Positions 12,153 through 24,489 are shown, counted from the first letter of the stretch. The stretch is DNA of 39,002 nucleotides from Octopus bimaculoides (GCF_001194135.2 NC_068983.1:9133318-9172319); one strand, 5' to 3'. Numbers and translations are program-made. The notes: generated by a model from the letters alone, not told the origin.

Positions 12153-12296
12153 ACTCTCTGATGAAGCTTTAGGGTTCAATTTTTGTCCAATTTTTGTCCA
12201 ATTATTGTTCCATTTTTGTACAATGTTTGTATAATCTTGGTATAAAATGTCAACTTTAGCATGCTAGATCCACCAAATAGAAACAGCTGTAAGAGT
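12153..12296 (+). ncRNA. Degenerate, split PLE-type type-I hammerhead ribozyme motif
   Basis: ACTCT-CTGATGA (12153-12164) ... GAAAC-AGCT-GT-A-AGAGT (12280-12296). Helix I and the palindromic minimal helix III are present; helix II is disrupted by ~115 nt. Confidence 0.45.
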
Positions 12297-12374
12297 AGAG
12301 TTATATTCACTTATTTATTCTTATTTATTTATCCATTTATTTATTTATATGATTGTAATTAATAAATAGATCTA

Positions 12375-12417
12375 GCTGATGTTTGCAAGCTGATGTTTGC
12401 AAGCTGATGTTTGTCAA
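12375..12417. repeat. 14-bp tandem repeat x3 (gctgatgtttgcaa)
   Basis: Two perfect units and one with a 1-bp insertion. Confidence 0.9.
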
Positions 12418-12603
12418 CTGATTATCTTCTCTATTTTCTTCCTTGCCTTATATATTCTGGTTAAGCTTTTGTTTACATCCACGCATACCTATTATTCAAT
12501 TGCACTATTGCCTTACAACAGTAAGCATTTAGATATATATTATGCCTTAAATGGTTATCTAACTTCTAACTCATATATACGTGGCCTCATCGAAATGTAA
12601 AAG

Positions 12604-12990
12604 TTGGTCTTAATTTTAAACTTTCTTCCTTGTTTGAAAGTAAATCCAGAGCCTGCACCGGTCCTCATAATGAGAAGCTTCTCTTGTTCCTCCAAGAAAC
12701 TAATTTACGTCCTTACATGCACAGGTTGCCAACACAATTATATCAGAAAACGGAGCCCCCCTTTACGCAGAACAGTAGCAGTCCATAAAGAACAGATAAA
12801 TCTCTCACAATACCGTAAAATTCCATTCAGAAGCCACATACACTCTTGCGCTAGAAATAAAAATCCCAAATTTCTCATTTTCCCTCTCTATCAATGTAAA
12901 GACAGAATCTCTAGACAAGAAAGAATCAACAAGGAGAATCTTTTTATTGAAAAATTCCAAACACTTCTTAATATACAAACTACACGGTGA
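12604..12990 (+). mobile_element. Penelope-like element GIY-YIG endonuclease remnant
   Basis: FSCSSKKLIYVLTCTGCQHNYIRKR..PLRRTVAVHKEQI...KFLIFPLY...RINKENLFIEKFQTLLN, which matches the PLE pattern xIY-x-CxxC-x-YIG, R, H, E and PxLN. Confidence 0.9.
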
Positions 12991-13132
12991 CCGTATTCTT
13001 TTCCATCACCTACCTTATCTTGAAAATTTGCCATGCAATGAAAACCGGTTTGAAATCCTTTTGAAATCCTTACACCTATTTATATTAAAATATGCTTTCA
13101 GTTTAGCATTCTGCCTTGTTATTATTTTTTCC

Positions 13133-13176
<44 letters not shown>

Positions 13177-13546
13177 CATTTATTTATTTATTTATTTATT
13201 TATATTATATGTAATTTCTCTTATAAGAAAATAAGTATATGATTTGAGCGCAATTTAATTACATGGCCGTAGCTGCTCACATGTTATTTGTTTGTTTTCA
13301 TGCTTGGTATTCTTGGTATGCAAGAATGGTTTTTGTACACAATTCATCATCACACTTGAGTAGGAAAAAGGCAAAATTCGCCTTGACACAATTTGAACTC
13401 AACATAAATAGATGTAACTAAACATTACTAAGCAGTTAGTCAAGCTCAAATGCTTTTATAAATAGAAATATTCTATTCAACTATGTTGTTGCTTACTACT
13501 AGATGGACCATGATTAAAGAAATATGATAAAGGAAGTTTCTTCTTA

Positions 13547-13870
13547 TGGTTCAGTGGTTAGTATGTCGGAATCAGAAACATGAGATAGTGAATTCGAATC
13601 CCAAACCGGGTTGTGTGATTTGTTCTTCAGCAAGACACTATTTCACGTTGCTCTATTTGGCTCATCTGTAGAAATGAGCTGCAACGCCACTGGTGCGGAG
13701 CCGTATCGGCCTTTGCCTTTCCCTTGAATAACGTCGGTGGCGTAGAGAGAGTTGGTTGCCATGTATGGACAACTGCTGGTCTTCTATAAACAGCCTTGCC
13801 TGGACGTGTGCCTCGGAGGAGAACTGTCTAGGTGCAATCCCATGGTCATTTGTGATCGAAGGGGTGTTTT
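13547..13870 (+). mobile_element. SINE family B, near full length
   Basis: A box TGGTTCAGTGG (13547), B box GAATTCGAATCC (13590), ttgttcttcagcaagacact, and body shared with 2870-3125. Confidence 0.88.
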
Positions 13871-14289
13871 ACTCTTTTACCCTTTACCCTTTATTTATGC
13901 ACAGTAAATATCCAAATAATATTTTTAAGATGTTACATTATGATTTAACGGAGAGTTGGTAGCTATTTATTTGTAGGTCAAGTAATTATATATTGACACT
14001 CATTATTCGTTCGAAATGGAAATGTAATTAAATAGGTATGTGTACATGGTTTTTTTAATGAAATTGGCAATGGCTCCTAACAACTGTGACAGGCCACAGA
14101 TTTAGCAATTGAATTGAGAAAACCGGATTCGAAACTCTGATTGTGGCAAAAAGCAAAGAATACAATATTATATTGTTTGCCCAATTTAACACGGAAAATA
14201 TAAATTTCCTCTGCCCTTTAAATATAATAATTTGTAATTTATGTCCGAATCCAGCAATTTTGTCTGTAGATGCTTAGTTCATTGCTTTA

Positions 14290-14630
14290 ATCACAATGCT
14301 TGACTGGTGTTTCTTTTTATAGATGCTGAAAGATGAAGGGTAATCTTGACCTAGGCGGGACTTGAACTTAGAACATATGAAAGAAGAAAAATATTACAGT
14401 TTGCCACTATGCCTTGCTCTTTAAATGTTTTTTTTTTTATACTATAGGCATAAAGCCTGAAATTTTAAAAAGGGGCAAGTCAATGACATCGATCTCAGTC
14501 ATTATTGATCCTGAAAGAATAAAAGGCAAAGTCTACCCCGGCAGAGTTTGAACTCAAAATGTAAAGACAGATGAAATGTATTTAAGCATTGTGTCCGATG
14601 CGGTAACGATTCTGCCACCTCAAATAACAT
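14290..14630 (-). mobile_element. Two tandem degenerate SINE family C copies
   Basis: gaaagatgaagggtaatcttgacctaggcgggacttgaacttag and gaaagaataaaaggcaaagtctaccccggcagagtttgaactcaaaatgtaaagacagatgaaat. Confidence 0.7.
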
Positions 14631-15514
14631 CCAAACACAAATCGTTAAAGAAGTTCTATAGACTAATGTTGTTGTTTAGCCCCTGGTCTGTTCTGACTGG
14701 TTGGTTATATGATCAAAAGCATTCGCATCGTGGCCACCTTATCCGTTCTGCGTTATATAGGCGAAGAAAATTGTCTGTATTTATTTAAGTCGATATCATG
14801 TTGAAGGATATGCCTGAGATGTCACGCAGACTGAGTGGCAGGTTTCTGTTAGCATTTAGGCCTACATTTTTATTGCTACGTAGAATTTGAGTCTAACCAG
14901 TTTAATTAGCATGAAGAAATTTCTATTCAATGTAGAAATAGGTACATCTATTTGTAGAGCTCTTTATGATTAGATCCACCACGTTATCACACAAACTCTA
15001 TCTTAACCAACAAATGTGAGCTTTTCAAGATAAGATCTAACGTCTCCTTGCAAGAAAAAAATAAATCAGTGTTGGTCAGTCACTAGTTTTGAATTCTGTT
15101 CAATTATTCAGTTTGAATTTTTTTGGCTTTCAGGAATTTTGAACAAATTCTCTTAAATATGTCTAAGAAATTTGTAGGTCTTAGTGAAAATATTCTGGCA
15201 GTATTCTAGAAAAGACGGTTGTTTATTAACGTATGAAAGATTTAATTAGTAAAACGTGTCTTCGAAAGTCTGTACACATGTATATGAAAATGTTTAACAG
15301 AAACTTATAGCAATTTCATAAGATTATCACCCACTGCTACATGTGGGTGATAAGAGAAAGACAGATGCAAGAAGAGAAAGACAAACAGAAGAGCGAGAGA
15401 CGGAGGCAAAACATGAGAGGAAAAGAAACATTCTGGCATCCATTATAAAACTGATCCCACGACACATGCTGTATATATTGCCGAACTGGAAAAATCGTTT
15501 ATCAGTCGGACAAA

Positions 15515-15650
15515 ATGATTTGTGGCATTTCATCCAGTGCTTTAGCTTTAGCGATCAAACTTCGCCGAGACTGACTTTGCCTTTAATCCTTTCGTGCTTC
15601 GATAAAATATGTACTAATTGAACACTGGAGTAGATGTAGTCGACCTACAC
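15515..15650 (+). mobile_element. SINE family C copy
   Basis: aaacttcgccgagactgactttgcctttaatcctttcg...cactggagtagatgtagtcgac, the reverse orientation of 9865-10060. Confidence 0.72.
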
Positions 15651-17919
15651 ACCTCACTTAAAATTGATAATCGTCAGCAAATATTTGAAACCAATATACA
15701 TGTAGTATATATAATGCAGAGGATGTGTACATTAGAATTAACGTAATTGAAATTCAAATAATATCATGTGTTTTCAGTAAACATTATTTATCCTGGAATA
15801 TAATTAACCACAGTTTCACACAAATGATATTGAGAATCATTAACAGAAACTCACAGAGTCACGCTGTCTATCAGAAATAATTGTCAAATATTTTCAGTTT
15901 GCACTCTAAATATCTTCAGAAGCAAAGTATACGTTGAGAAATCTAATGCCAGTTGTTTGTCTAAACCGGAGTAGATTTAGGCTTAATAAACAACCTTATA
16001 AATGTTTTAGTGCTCTTGCATATAGCTAATTAATTTCTGTTATCATATGGGGAGTACTTCTATTAATTATGCTGTGTGATGGATTTCAGTTGATTGCTTA
16101 TAAAACATCTCAGCACCATTGCCGTATATTATATCCATGAGCTTGGTCTGGTAAATGTCAGCTGAATGACTAATGCTAGTCTATTCCTCTCTTGTATAAT
16201 ATTTTGCAAGAATATTTGTCATTTCACATTGTCAAATGGTTATTTGCCTAAGTAAAAGTCCAAACAATAAATAGTGATCAATTGCATTATTGATTTGTTC
16301 GCTTCGTACTGGGAGGTTTTACATGATCAATTCCGCTTCAGATATATTAAAGGTCTTGACGTCATCGACCAAAAATGATGCCGGTCACATGGTGTAAATG
16401 TACGTAAACACTTTTGCCTGCTCTTATAATGAGGTTCTGGCATTCTAGCTGCCAAAAATCATAGATCTTTCGGTGTCTATAAATTAAAATACATCTTTTG
16501 CACTTGTCCTCAACATTATCTTATTTCTATCAGAAGGACAAGCAAAGATAAGAGCGGATCGATTAGAACACGGAACGTAGTGACTTCCAATTAAATACAA
16601 GAGTGCAATTTATTACACACCTCTATCGATTGCACCAGTCCTCTGTTATAAAGGTGAATACTAAAGAAGATATTATATACTTAGGATTATCAAAGAAAGT
16701 AACCGAAGTTAATGTATGTGTGTATACAAGCAAAACGCACGCATTTAGACACACACACACACACACACACACACANNNNNNNNNNNNNNNNNNNNNNNNN
16801 NNNNNNNNNNNNNNNNNNNNNNNNNNNNNNNNNNNNNNNNNNNNNNNNNNNNNNNNNNNNNNNNNNNNNNNNNNNNNNNNNNNNNNNNNNNNNNNNNNNN
16901 NNNNNNNNNNNNNNNNNNNNNNNNNNNNNNNNNNNNNNNNNNNNNNNNNNNNNNNNNNNNNNNNNNNNNNNNNNNNNNNNNNNNNNNNNNNNNNNNNNNN
17001 NNNNNNNNNNNNNNNNNNNNNNNNNNNNNNNNNNNNNNNNNNNNNNNNNNNNNNNNNNNNNNNNNNNNNNNNNNNNNNNNNNNNNNNNNNNNNNNNNNNN
17101 NNNNNNNNNNNNNNNNNNNNNNNNNNNNNNNNNNNNNNNNNNNNNNNNNNNNNNNNNNNNNNNNNNNNNNNNNNNNNNNNNNNNNNNNNNNNNNNNNNNN
17201 NNNNNNNNNNNNNNNNNNNNNNNNNNNNNNNNNNNNNNNNNNNNNNNNNNNNNNNNNNNNNNNNNNNNNNNNNNNNNNNNNNNNNNNNNNNNNNNNNNNN
17301 NNNNNNNNNNNNNNNNNNNNNNNNNNNNNNNNNNNNNNNNNNNNNNNNNNNNNNNNNNNNNNNNNNNNNNNNNNNNNNNNNNNNNNNNNNNNNNNNNNNN
17401 NNNNNNNNNNNNNNNNNNNNNNNNNNNNNNNNNNNNNNNNNNNNNNNNNNNNNNNNNNNNNNNNNNNNNNNNNNNNNNNNNNNNNNNNNNNNNNNNNNNN
17501 NNNNNNNNNNNNNNNNNNNNNNNNNNNNNNNNNNNNNNNNNNNNNNNNNNNNNNNNNNNNNNNNNNNNNNNNNNNNNNNNNNNNNNNNNNNNNNNNNNNN
17601 NNNNNNNNNNNNNNNNNNNNNNNNNNNNNNNNNNNNNNNNNNNNNNNNNNNNNNNNNNNNNNNNNNNNNNNNNNNNNNNNNNNNNNNNNNNNNNNNNNNN
17701 NNNNNNNNNNNNNNNNNNNNNNNNNNNNNNNNNNNNNNNNNNNNNNNNNNNNNNNNNAAAAAATAACAAATCCACCCGGCTTTGATTAACTGTATACGCG
17801 TTTCAGGAATAAAGAGGTGTAAATTATATTACCCGAACTTACTACCTTCATCAGTAGAGTATTTCAAAATTATAAATCCGAGAATGTTAATAAAAGAATA
17901 ATTAATTCGATCAAGCGAC

Positions 17920-18189
17920 ATCAAACGATTATCCAGAAACAGCATTTCCGAATTCATATGGACGAGTAAGAAAATCGTATCATTCCTCAATTACCCACGT
18001 GCGCTACGAGTAATCCCGCAGAAACTGCAGTTTACTATCAGGGAGTGAATAATTTAATTCTTACAGATATAGGGTAAAAATTAATTTCTGCGGGATTATT
18101 CGTAGCGCACGTGGCTAATTGAGGAACGATACGATTTTCTTACTCGTCCATATGAATTCGGAAATGCTGTTTCTGGATAATCGTTTGAT
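17920..18189. repeat. Long inverted repeat: 105-bp arms (102/105 identical), 60-bp spacer
   Basis: 17920-18024 is the reverse complement of 18085-18189, with mismatches only at 17982/18127, 17994/18115 and 18010/18099. Confidence 0.97.
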
Positions 18190-19555
18190 ATCAGGACGAG
18201 GCGATGCGCTGTTGATTTTATGTTTCTTCAATTTGCTGCTGCATTTTCCCACCCCTGCTGAAACATCTTGGATATTAAGCTAGAGCGATTGTGAGTGGAG
18301 GAAATAAGTGTGTCTATGTCCGTCCGCAATTACATGCAAGTACTTGAAGCATGCCAAATACTACAAAAATTATATTTTATCTGGAATGGCGGCCGGCTAT
18401 ACATTTATGTATAATTGGTATTTCAGAATTTTCTTTACAATCTATTTTCTTATAGAACATACAAACAATATGCAACTGTTTCTCTATAATGAATATTCTC
18501 CGTCAAGTTTAATGTTACGGAGATCAATTTTCAAGACGAAACTTCGATTTAATTTGTAAATGCTTCTGCAAAATAAATCGATGCTTTTTTTCTTACTTTT
18601 TTTCTACTGCTTCTAGACTGACATAAGCTAAAGTGTATATCTCGGCTCCAACATTATTTTCGTTTTAATTGATAAGAGTCCAAACTTATTCACCACCCGA
18701 GAATGAGCACACATTAACATAACGCAGATATATGCAAAAAAATATATATTCTCCTGAAAGAATGTGGCGTACTAATTATCATTAGTTATAACAGTAGCAA
18801 ATTAAGGATCGTGAGAAGTGATTGGCATTATTATCTGACCGAGAAACGTGCTAAATTACATTTTACAAAAAAGAAAAGAGAGAGAAAAATAAAAAAATTC
18901 AGAGAAAGAATAAGATCTCATTTTTCACTTTGTCGATAATTAAATTTCCATGTAATTATTTCAAACAGAGACTCCTATTAAAATTCTATTTATCTTTCTT
19001 CTATTCAATAAAGCGTTTAAAATGCGTCATTTTAATCTGTCCCTCTGATTCAATTAGCGTAAGAGGTATAATCATATATGTTTAAATATATTGGATTAAT
19101 ACACTTACAAAAGAAGACTTATGATTGGTTGAATAGACTATTTTCTTTCATGCATTATCAGCATTTTAATCCTTTTCTATAACCAACTGATATATTGATT
19201 TTTTAAGAGTTTCTATTTTCTTTTTTCTTTAATACGGGAAGCTGACTATAAGAGGAATATTACAGTGTCGATATTTTATATTCTGTTATATTTTAAGTGG
19301 CTTCACAATGCATTCATTTATTCATAATTATTCACTAATTCTATCATTTTTCCATTGTTGAATGACAATAACTGATTTTTCGATTTTTGTTTCAGCATTT
19401 TCTTTCCTTTTATTTATTTTTTTTTTTATGTTGACCCAATGGATAGAAATATATATACGAAAGCAAATAAGTTCATATGTACTACTTTGCAGTTCAGTTT
19501 TAAAATATTCAGCGTTGTTAATGGTATAATCATGTTCTCGTGGCAAATATAAATA

Positions 19556-20038
19556 CAGTGGTCCTTCGCCATATCGCGGTTCACCTATCGAGTACTCAGT
19601 ACATCACGGTTCACCGGCGATCTTATGTTACCAGTTTCAAAGCTGGCACTTAAACAACGTGTTATTTATTTACATCACATCGGCCTTTCCTTTTTTACGG
19701 AAAAAGTCGATGTGTTAGGGTTACGGTTACGGTTAGGGATGGAATTCTCTAACCCTAACCCTAAAATCCTTTTACGGAAAAGGCTGATGTGATGTAAATA
19801 AACACACATGGTTTAATTGACAGTTTGGAACTGGTAACGTAAGATCGCCCGGTTCACCTATTGCACACTCAGTACGTCACGGATTTTTCTGGCTAATATA
19901 TGTAAATTTATATCGTGGACTCCTCAGTATATCCCGGCTTCTGCGGCCGATAGATATTCATTTTTTTTTTAGTCAGAATTTAATTATTTCTGTGGGAGGT
20001 TTTGGAGCGTAAAACCCGCGATAGTCGAGGGATTACTA
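19556..20038. mobile_element. pogo/Tigger-like non-autonomous element (MITE)
   Basis: TA|CAGTGGTCCTTCGCCATATCGCGG ... CCCGCGATAGTCGAGGGATTACTA|TA: ~24-bp imperfect TIRs with a TA duplication and no ORF. Confidence 0.8.
19616..19849. mobile_element. Mutator-like MITE nested in the Tigger-like MITE
   Basis: ~75-bp TIRs starting GGCGATCTTA(T/C)GTTACCAGTT, with an exact 9-bp flanking duplication CGGTTCACC (19607-19615, 19850-19858). Confidence 0.82.
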
Positions 20039-21138
20039 TATACTGAAGTTAAGTCGTTTCTCATAAATTAACATGTTTGTGTATTTTGCTAATTTTACGT
20101 TACAACAAACCGCTTCAGAATGAAAACAATGGAAATTCTTTTACTGAGGTTCTTCCTTCTTGTGTAAATTAGGTTCCCTCCTTTTAATTCTTCTTGTGGG
20201 AATTAGATGTTTCTCTTTCACACTCCGTTCAATAAGGCCATCGGTTAAAAAGAATTTTGATAAGTTATATAGCATTCATTTATTATTCTGATGGGAATCA
20301 TTGTTTAGAATAATAACTGTTGAATTAGTAACAAAAGTCGCATTCCGTAATATGTTTTGTTTTTTAGTCTGTGTGGTAATGTTCAACATCGAATGTATGA
20401 GAAAAGATCATTCAGAAACGTTACGTAGTGGAGTGAGAGAAGTATAAGAGAGAGTGGGGGAGGGAGTTATCCTAACATAAATTGGACACCGTATATCACT
20501 GGTCATACCCAAAGACTTTAGGATTTATCTATTGATAAATATTGGTAATATCGTTTATGATAGTGCGGCGTATTAGACTTATAACTGGGGTCGACAATTT
20601 CATTTTAATCACATCATTTTCTGTTCAAATAGTCCGATGTGGTCCTAAACTAATATGATTTTTCTCTAATGGTACAAAACAACACGTTTATGGAGGAAGG
20701 CTATAGTTGACTAGATATAGTCGAATAATATCACTAGTAGGTATCATCGAATGGGAGGAAAACTGGGTATACATCCAGTGTCATACAGTGTTTGTAACAA
20801 ACGAATTTATCCAAATTCTACCGATTCTGATGCATCAGCATATTTTCCACAACAGCTGGCTCTCAACACATTAATTTTCGCAGCCACGAGGTTTCCTATC
20901 AATTCTGTTGGGCAGCATCACGTGTAAGGTTCTTCTACCCTAGTCTATATTGGTCTATAGACTTCTCCTTTAGTCTATCTTCTACAAAACCTTGTAAATA
21001 AAATTTGGTTGATAGTAAATATGTAGAAGACTGTTGACATAGATATTGTTGTACATGGTTGTTGAAATTAATATTTAAAGCTTTTACATACTTCACGATT
21101 GCTTTTAAAATTATGGATTAGGATAGCAGGCTACATTT

Positions 21139-21713
21139 TATTTATTTTTTATTTATACGCCCTTTTAAACCTAGCCAGGCTCATGGGCCCGGTTTCCCGG
21201 TTTCTATGGCGTATGTATTCTCCCCAGCTGGACGGGATGCCAGTCCATCGCAGCTCTACTCAAGAAACAAGAAGAAAGAGTGAGAGAAAGTTGGAGCGAA
21301 AGACTACAACAGGGATCGCCACCACCCCCTGCCGGAGCCTCGTGGTGCTGTAGTTGTTTTCGCCCAATTAACACACAATGCCCGGTCTGAGAATCGAAAC
21401 CGCGATCTTCCGACCATGAGTCCGCTGCCCTAACCACTGGGCCACTGCACCTCCACAAATATAAATGCGCCCTTTTAAAGCCTAACCAGCCTCATGGGCC
21501 CGGTTTCCCCGTTCCAGTGGGGTGTGTGTTCCTCAGGTGGACGGGACACCAGTCCATCGCAGCGTTACTAATTTTTGCCAGTTGAATGGACTGGAGCAAC
21601 GTGAAATGAAGTGTTTTGCTCAAGAACACCACGCGTCGCCCGGTCCAGGAATCGAAACCACAGTCTTACGATCATGACGCTGACACCCTAACCACTAAGC
21701 CACGCTTCTCCAC
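21139..21713 (-). mobile_element. Head-to-tail pair of related tRNA-derived SINEs (family D)
   Basis: Monomers 21713-21467 and 21456-~21156 each have an A box (GTGG...AGTGGTTAGGG), a B box (GGTTTCGATTC) and a shared ctgcgatggactgg..tcccgtcc...gggcccatgag 3' body. Flanked by AGGCTACATTT at 21128-21138 and 21714-21724. Confidence 0.9.
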
Positions 21714-22809
21714 AGGCTACATTTACCATTTGATTTAAAATCAAGAATTACTCTTTAAAAGCGATCTTTAAGTAAGTTCGCTCTGATGCAAGCGTCTTGG
21801 TACGTCTCCTATTTGAGTATAACGTATTTCCTTGCTATTTTCACTAGTTTTGTAGACGCTAAAGAGGAACTTCAGCACTACCATTCTTTCCTCGACACAT
21901 CAATTGCAAAACCAAAAAAATCGAGTTGGTTTTTCACTGGAAGTTCAAACATTTGTATATTTTAGAATACAGGATGCAGTTATATTATTGACTTTGTTAT
22001 AAAAGAGAAAGTAACTATTGGCTTCATATTTACGAAAATCAACCCAGACTATTGCCAATATAACTCAGTAAAAACATAAAAGAAACACCTTGCATGAAAT
22101 TGATTCAGAAAATTTCCATGTAATATGTGATAGGAATAAACCGCGAAATCACAGTAATAATTTAACTGGCAACTTGCCAGATACTGTAAGAAATACAATA
22201 TTTTCATTATCGTTCGTGTATAACATGCCTGCATATTTCTTTCACGAACATGTGTGTGCATATATACATATATATATATATATATNNNNNNNNNNNNNNN
22301 NNNNNNNNNNNNNNNNNNNNNNNNNNNNNNNNNNNNNNNNNNNNNNNNNNNNNNNNNNNNNNNNNNNNNNNNNNNNNNNNNNNNNNNNNNNNNNNNNNNN
22401 NNNNNNNNNNNNNNNNNNNNNNNNNNNNNNNNNNNNNNNNNNNNNNNNNNNNNNNNNNNNNNNNNNNNNNNNNNNNNNNNNNNNNNNNNNNNNNNNNNNN
22501 NNNNNNNNNNNNNNNNNNNNNNNNNNNNNNNNNNNNNNNNNNNNNNNNNNNNNNNNNNNNNNNNNNNNNNNNNNNNNNNNNNNNNNNNNNNNNNNNNNNN
22601 NNNNNNNNNNNNNNNNNNNNNNNNNNNNNNNNNNNNNNNNNNNNNNNNNNNNNNNNNNNNNNNNNNNNNNNNNNNNNNNNNNNNNNNNNNNNNNNNNNNN
22701 NNNNNNNNNNNNNNNNNNNNNNNNNNNNNNNNNNNNNNNNNNNNNNNNNNNNNNNNNNNNNNNNNNNNNNNNNNNNNNNNNNNNNNNNNNNNNNNNNNNN
22801 NNNNNNNNN

Positions 22810-22887
<78 letters not shown>

Positions 22888-23130
22888 CATATGTGTGTAT
22901 ATTTATGTATGTATGTATGTATCTATGTATATATGCACATACATATAGACACAGACTGACAAACAGACGGATATATGTTTTGCTTAACACATATGCATGT
23001 TACTTGTTTTTGTCAATCGGCTTGGGATACGGTGGGATAAACCCTGCAGCATTTAGTCGAACAATTCCTGACCCGAAGATAGTTTTAAGTAGCGTACTCT
23101 GCGCGGACAACTACGACACGGAAAGCCAAA

Positions 23131-23148
23131 AGCGACACCTGGTGGCAA
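23131..23148 (-). promoter_or_regulatory. CTCF-like motif
   Basis: Minus strand TTGCCACCAGGTGTCGCT versus the CTCF core CCACCAGG(G/T)GGCGC: one core mismatch. Motif match only. Confidence 0.4.
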
Positions 23149-23304
23149 GGGGTAAGAGACAAACAAGAAATAGTGCATTTATTACTCAGAAACTAACAGA
23201 CAAACGCACAGTAACATTCACATAAATACATACATTTATAAACTCACACACACACTCACATACACAAATACACTGACACGAACACACATATATACATGCA
23301 TATA

Positions 23305-23339
<35 letters not shown>

Positions 23340-24489
23340 TCTTTTACTNNNNNNNNNNNNNNNNNNNNNNNNNNNNNNNNNNNNNNNNNNNNNNNNNNNN
23401 NNNNNNNNNNNNNNNNNNNNNNNNNNNNNNNNNNNNNNNNNNNNNNNNNNNNNNNNNNNNNNNNNNNNNNNNNNNNNNNNNNNNNNNNNNNNNNNNNNNN
23501 NNNNNNNNNNNNNNNNNNNNNNNNNNNNNNNNNNNNNNNNNNNNNNNNNNNNNNNNNNNNNNNNNNNNNNNNNNNNNNNNNNNNNNNNNNNNNNNNNNNN
23601 NNNNNNNNNNNNNNNNNNNNNNNNNNNNNNNNNNNNNNNNNNNNNNNNNNNNNNNNNNNNNNNNNNNNNNNNNNNNNNNNNNNNNNNNNNNNNNNNNNNN
23701 NNNNNNNNNNNNNNNNNNNNNNNNNNNNNNNNNNNNNNNNNNNNNNNNNNNNNNNNNNNNNNNNNNNNNNNNNNNNNNNNNNNNNNNNNNNNNNNNNNNN
23801 NNNNNNNNNNNNNNNNNNNNNNNNNNNNNNNNNNNNNNNNNNNNNNNNNNNNNNNNNNNNNNNNNNNNNNNNNNNNNNNNNNNNNNNNNNNNNNNNNNNN
23901 NNNNNNNNNNNNNNNNNNNNNNNNNNNNNNNNNNNNNNNNNNNNNNNNNNNNNNNNNNNNNNNNNNNNNNNNNNNNNNNNNNNNNNNNNNNNNNNNNNNN
24001 NNNNNNNNNNNNNNNNNNNNNNNNNNNNNNNNNNNNNNNNNNNNNNNNNNNNNNTATATATATATACCTGCATACTTACATATATAAATATATATATATG
24101 TATATATATACATACATACATATTCATATACATAGTGTGCATGTATACGTGTGAGTGAACTTGTCTGTGAGCACCTGCATACAGGCCTAAATTATTATCA
24201 TACGCATAGAATACTTTTCTAAGTAAAGGACAGGATAGGATGCTTTCAGCCCATAAATTTTGCGAGCAAATTAGATCAAATATACCGAAGGGCTTGTTGA
24301 CCCAATAAAAAATATATCATGCAATGGAAGTGGGATGGTTCATCTTTGTTCACTTAGTATTTGGGTTTCTTTTTTGACTTGGTTAAATCTTGGTTGTTTT
24401 TTTTGTTTTTGTTTTTTTGGGGTCTGTTACTTTTGGCGTTTTGACAGAAAGAAGTAATTCTAAAATTGTTTTTTTTTTAACGTAAGCGT

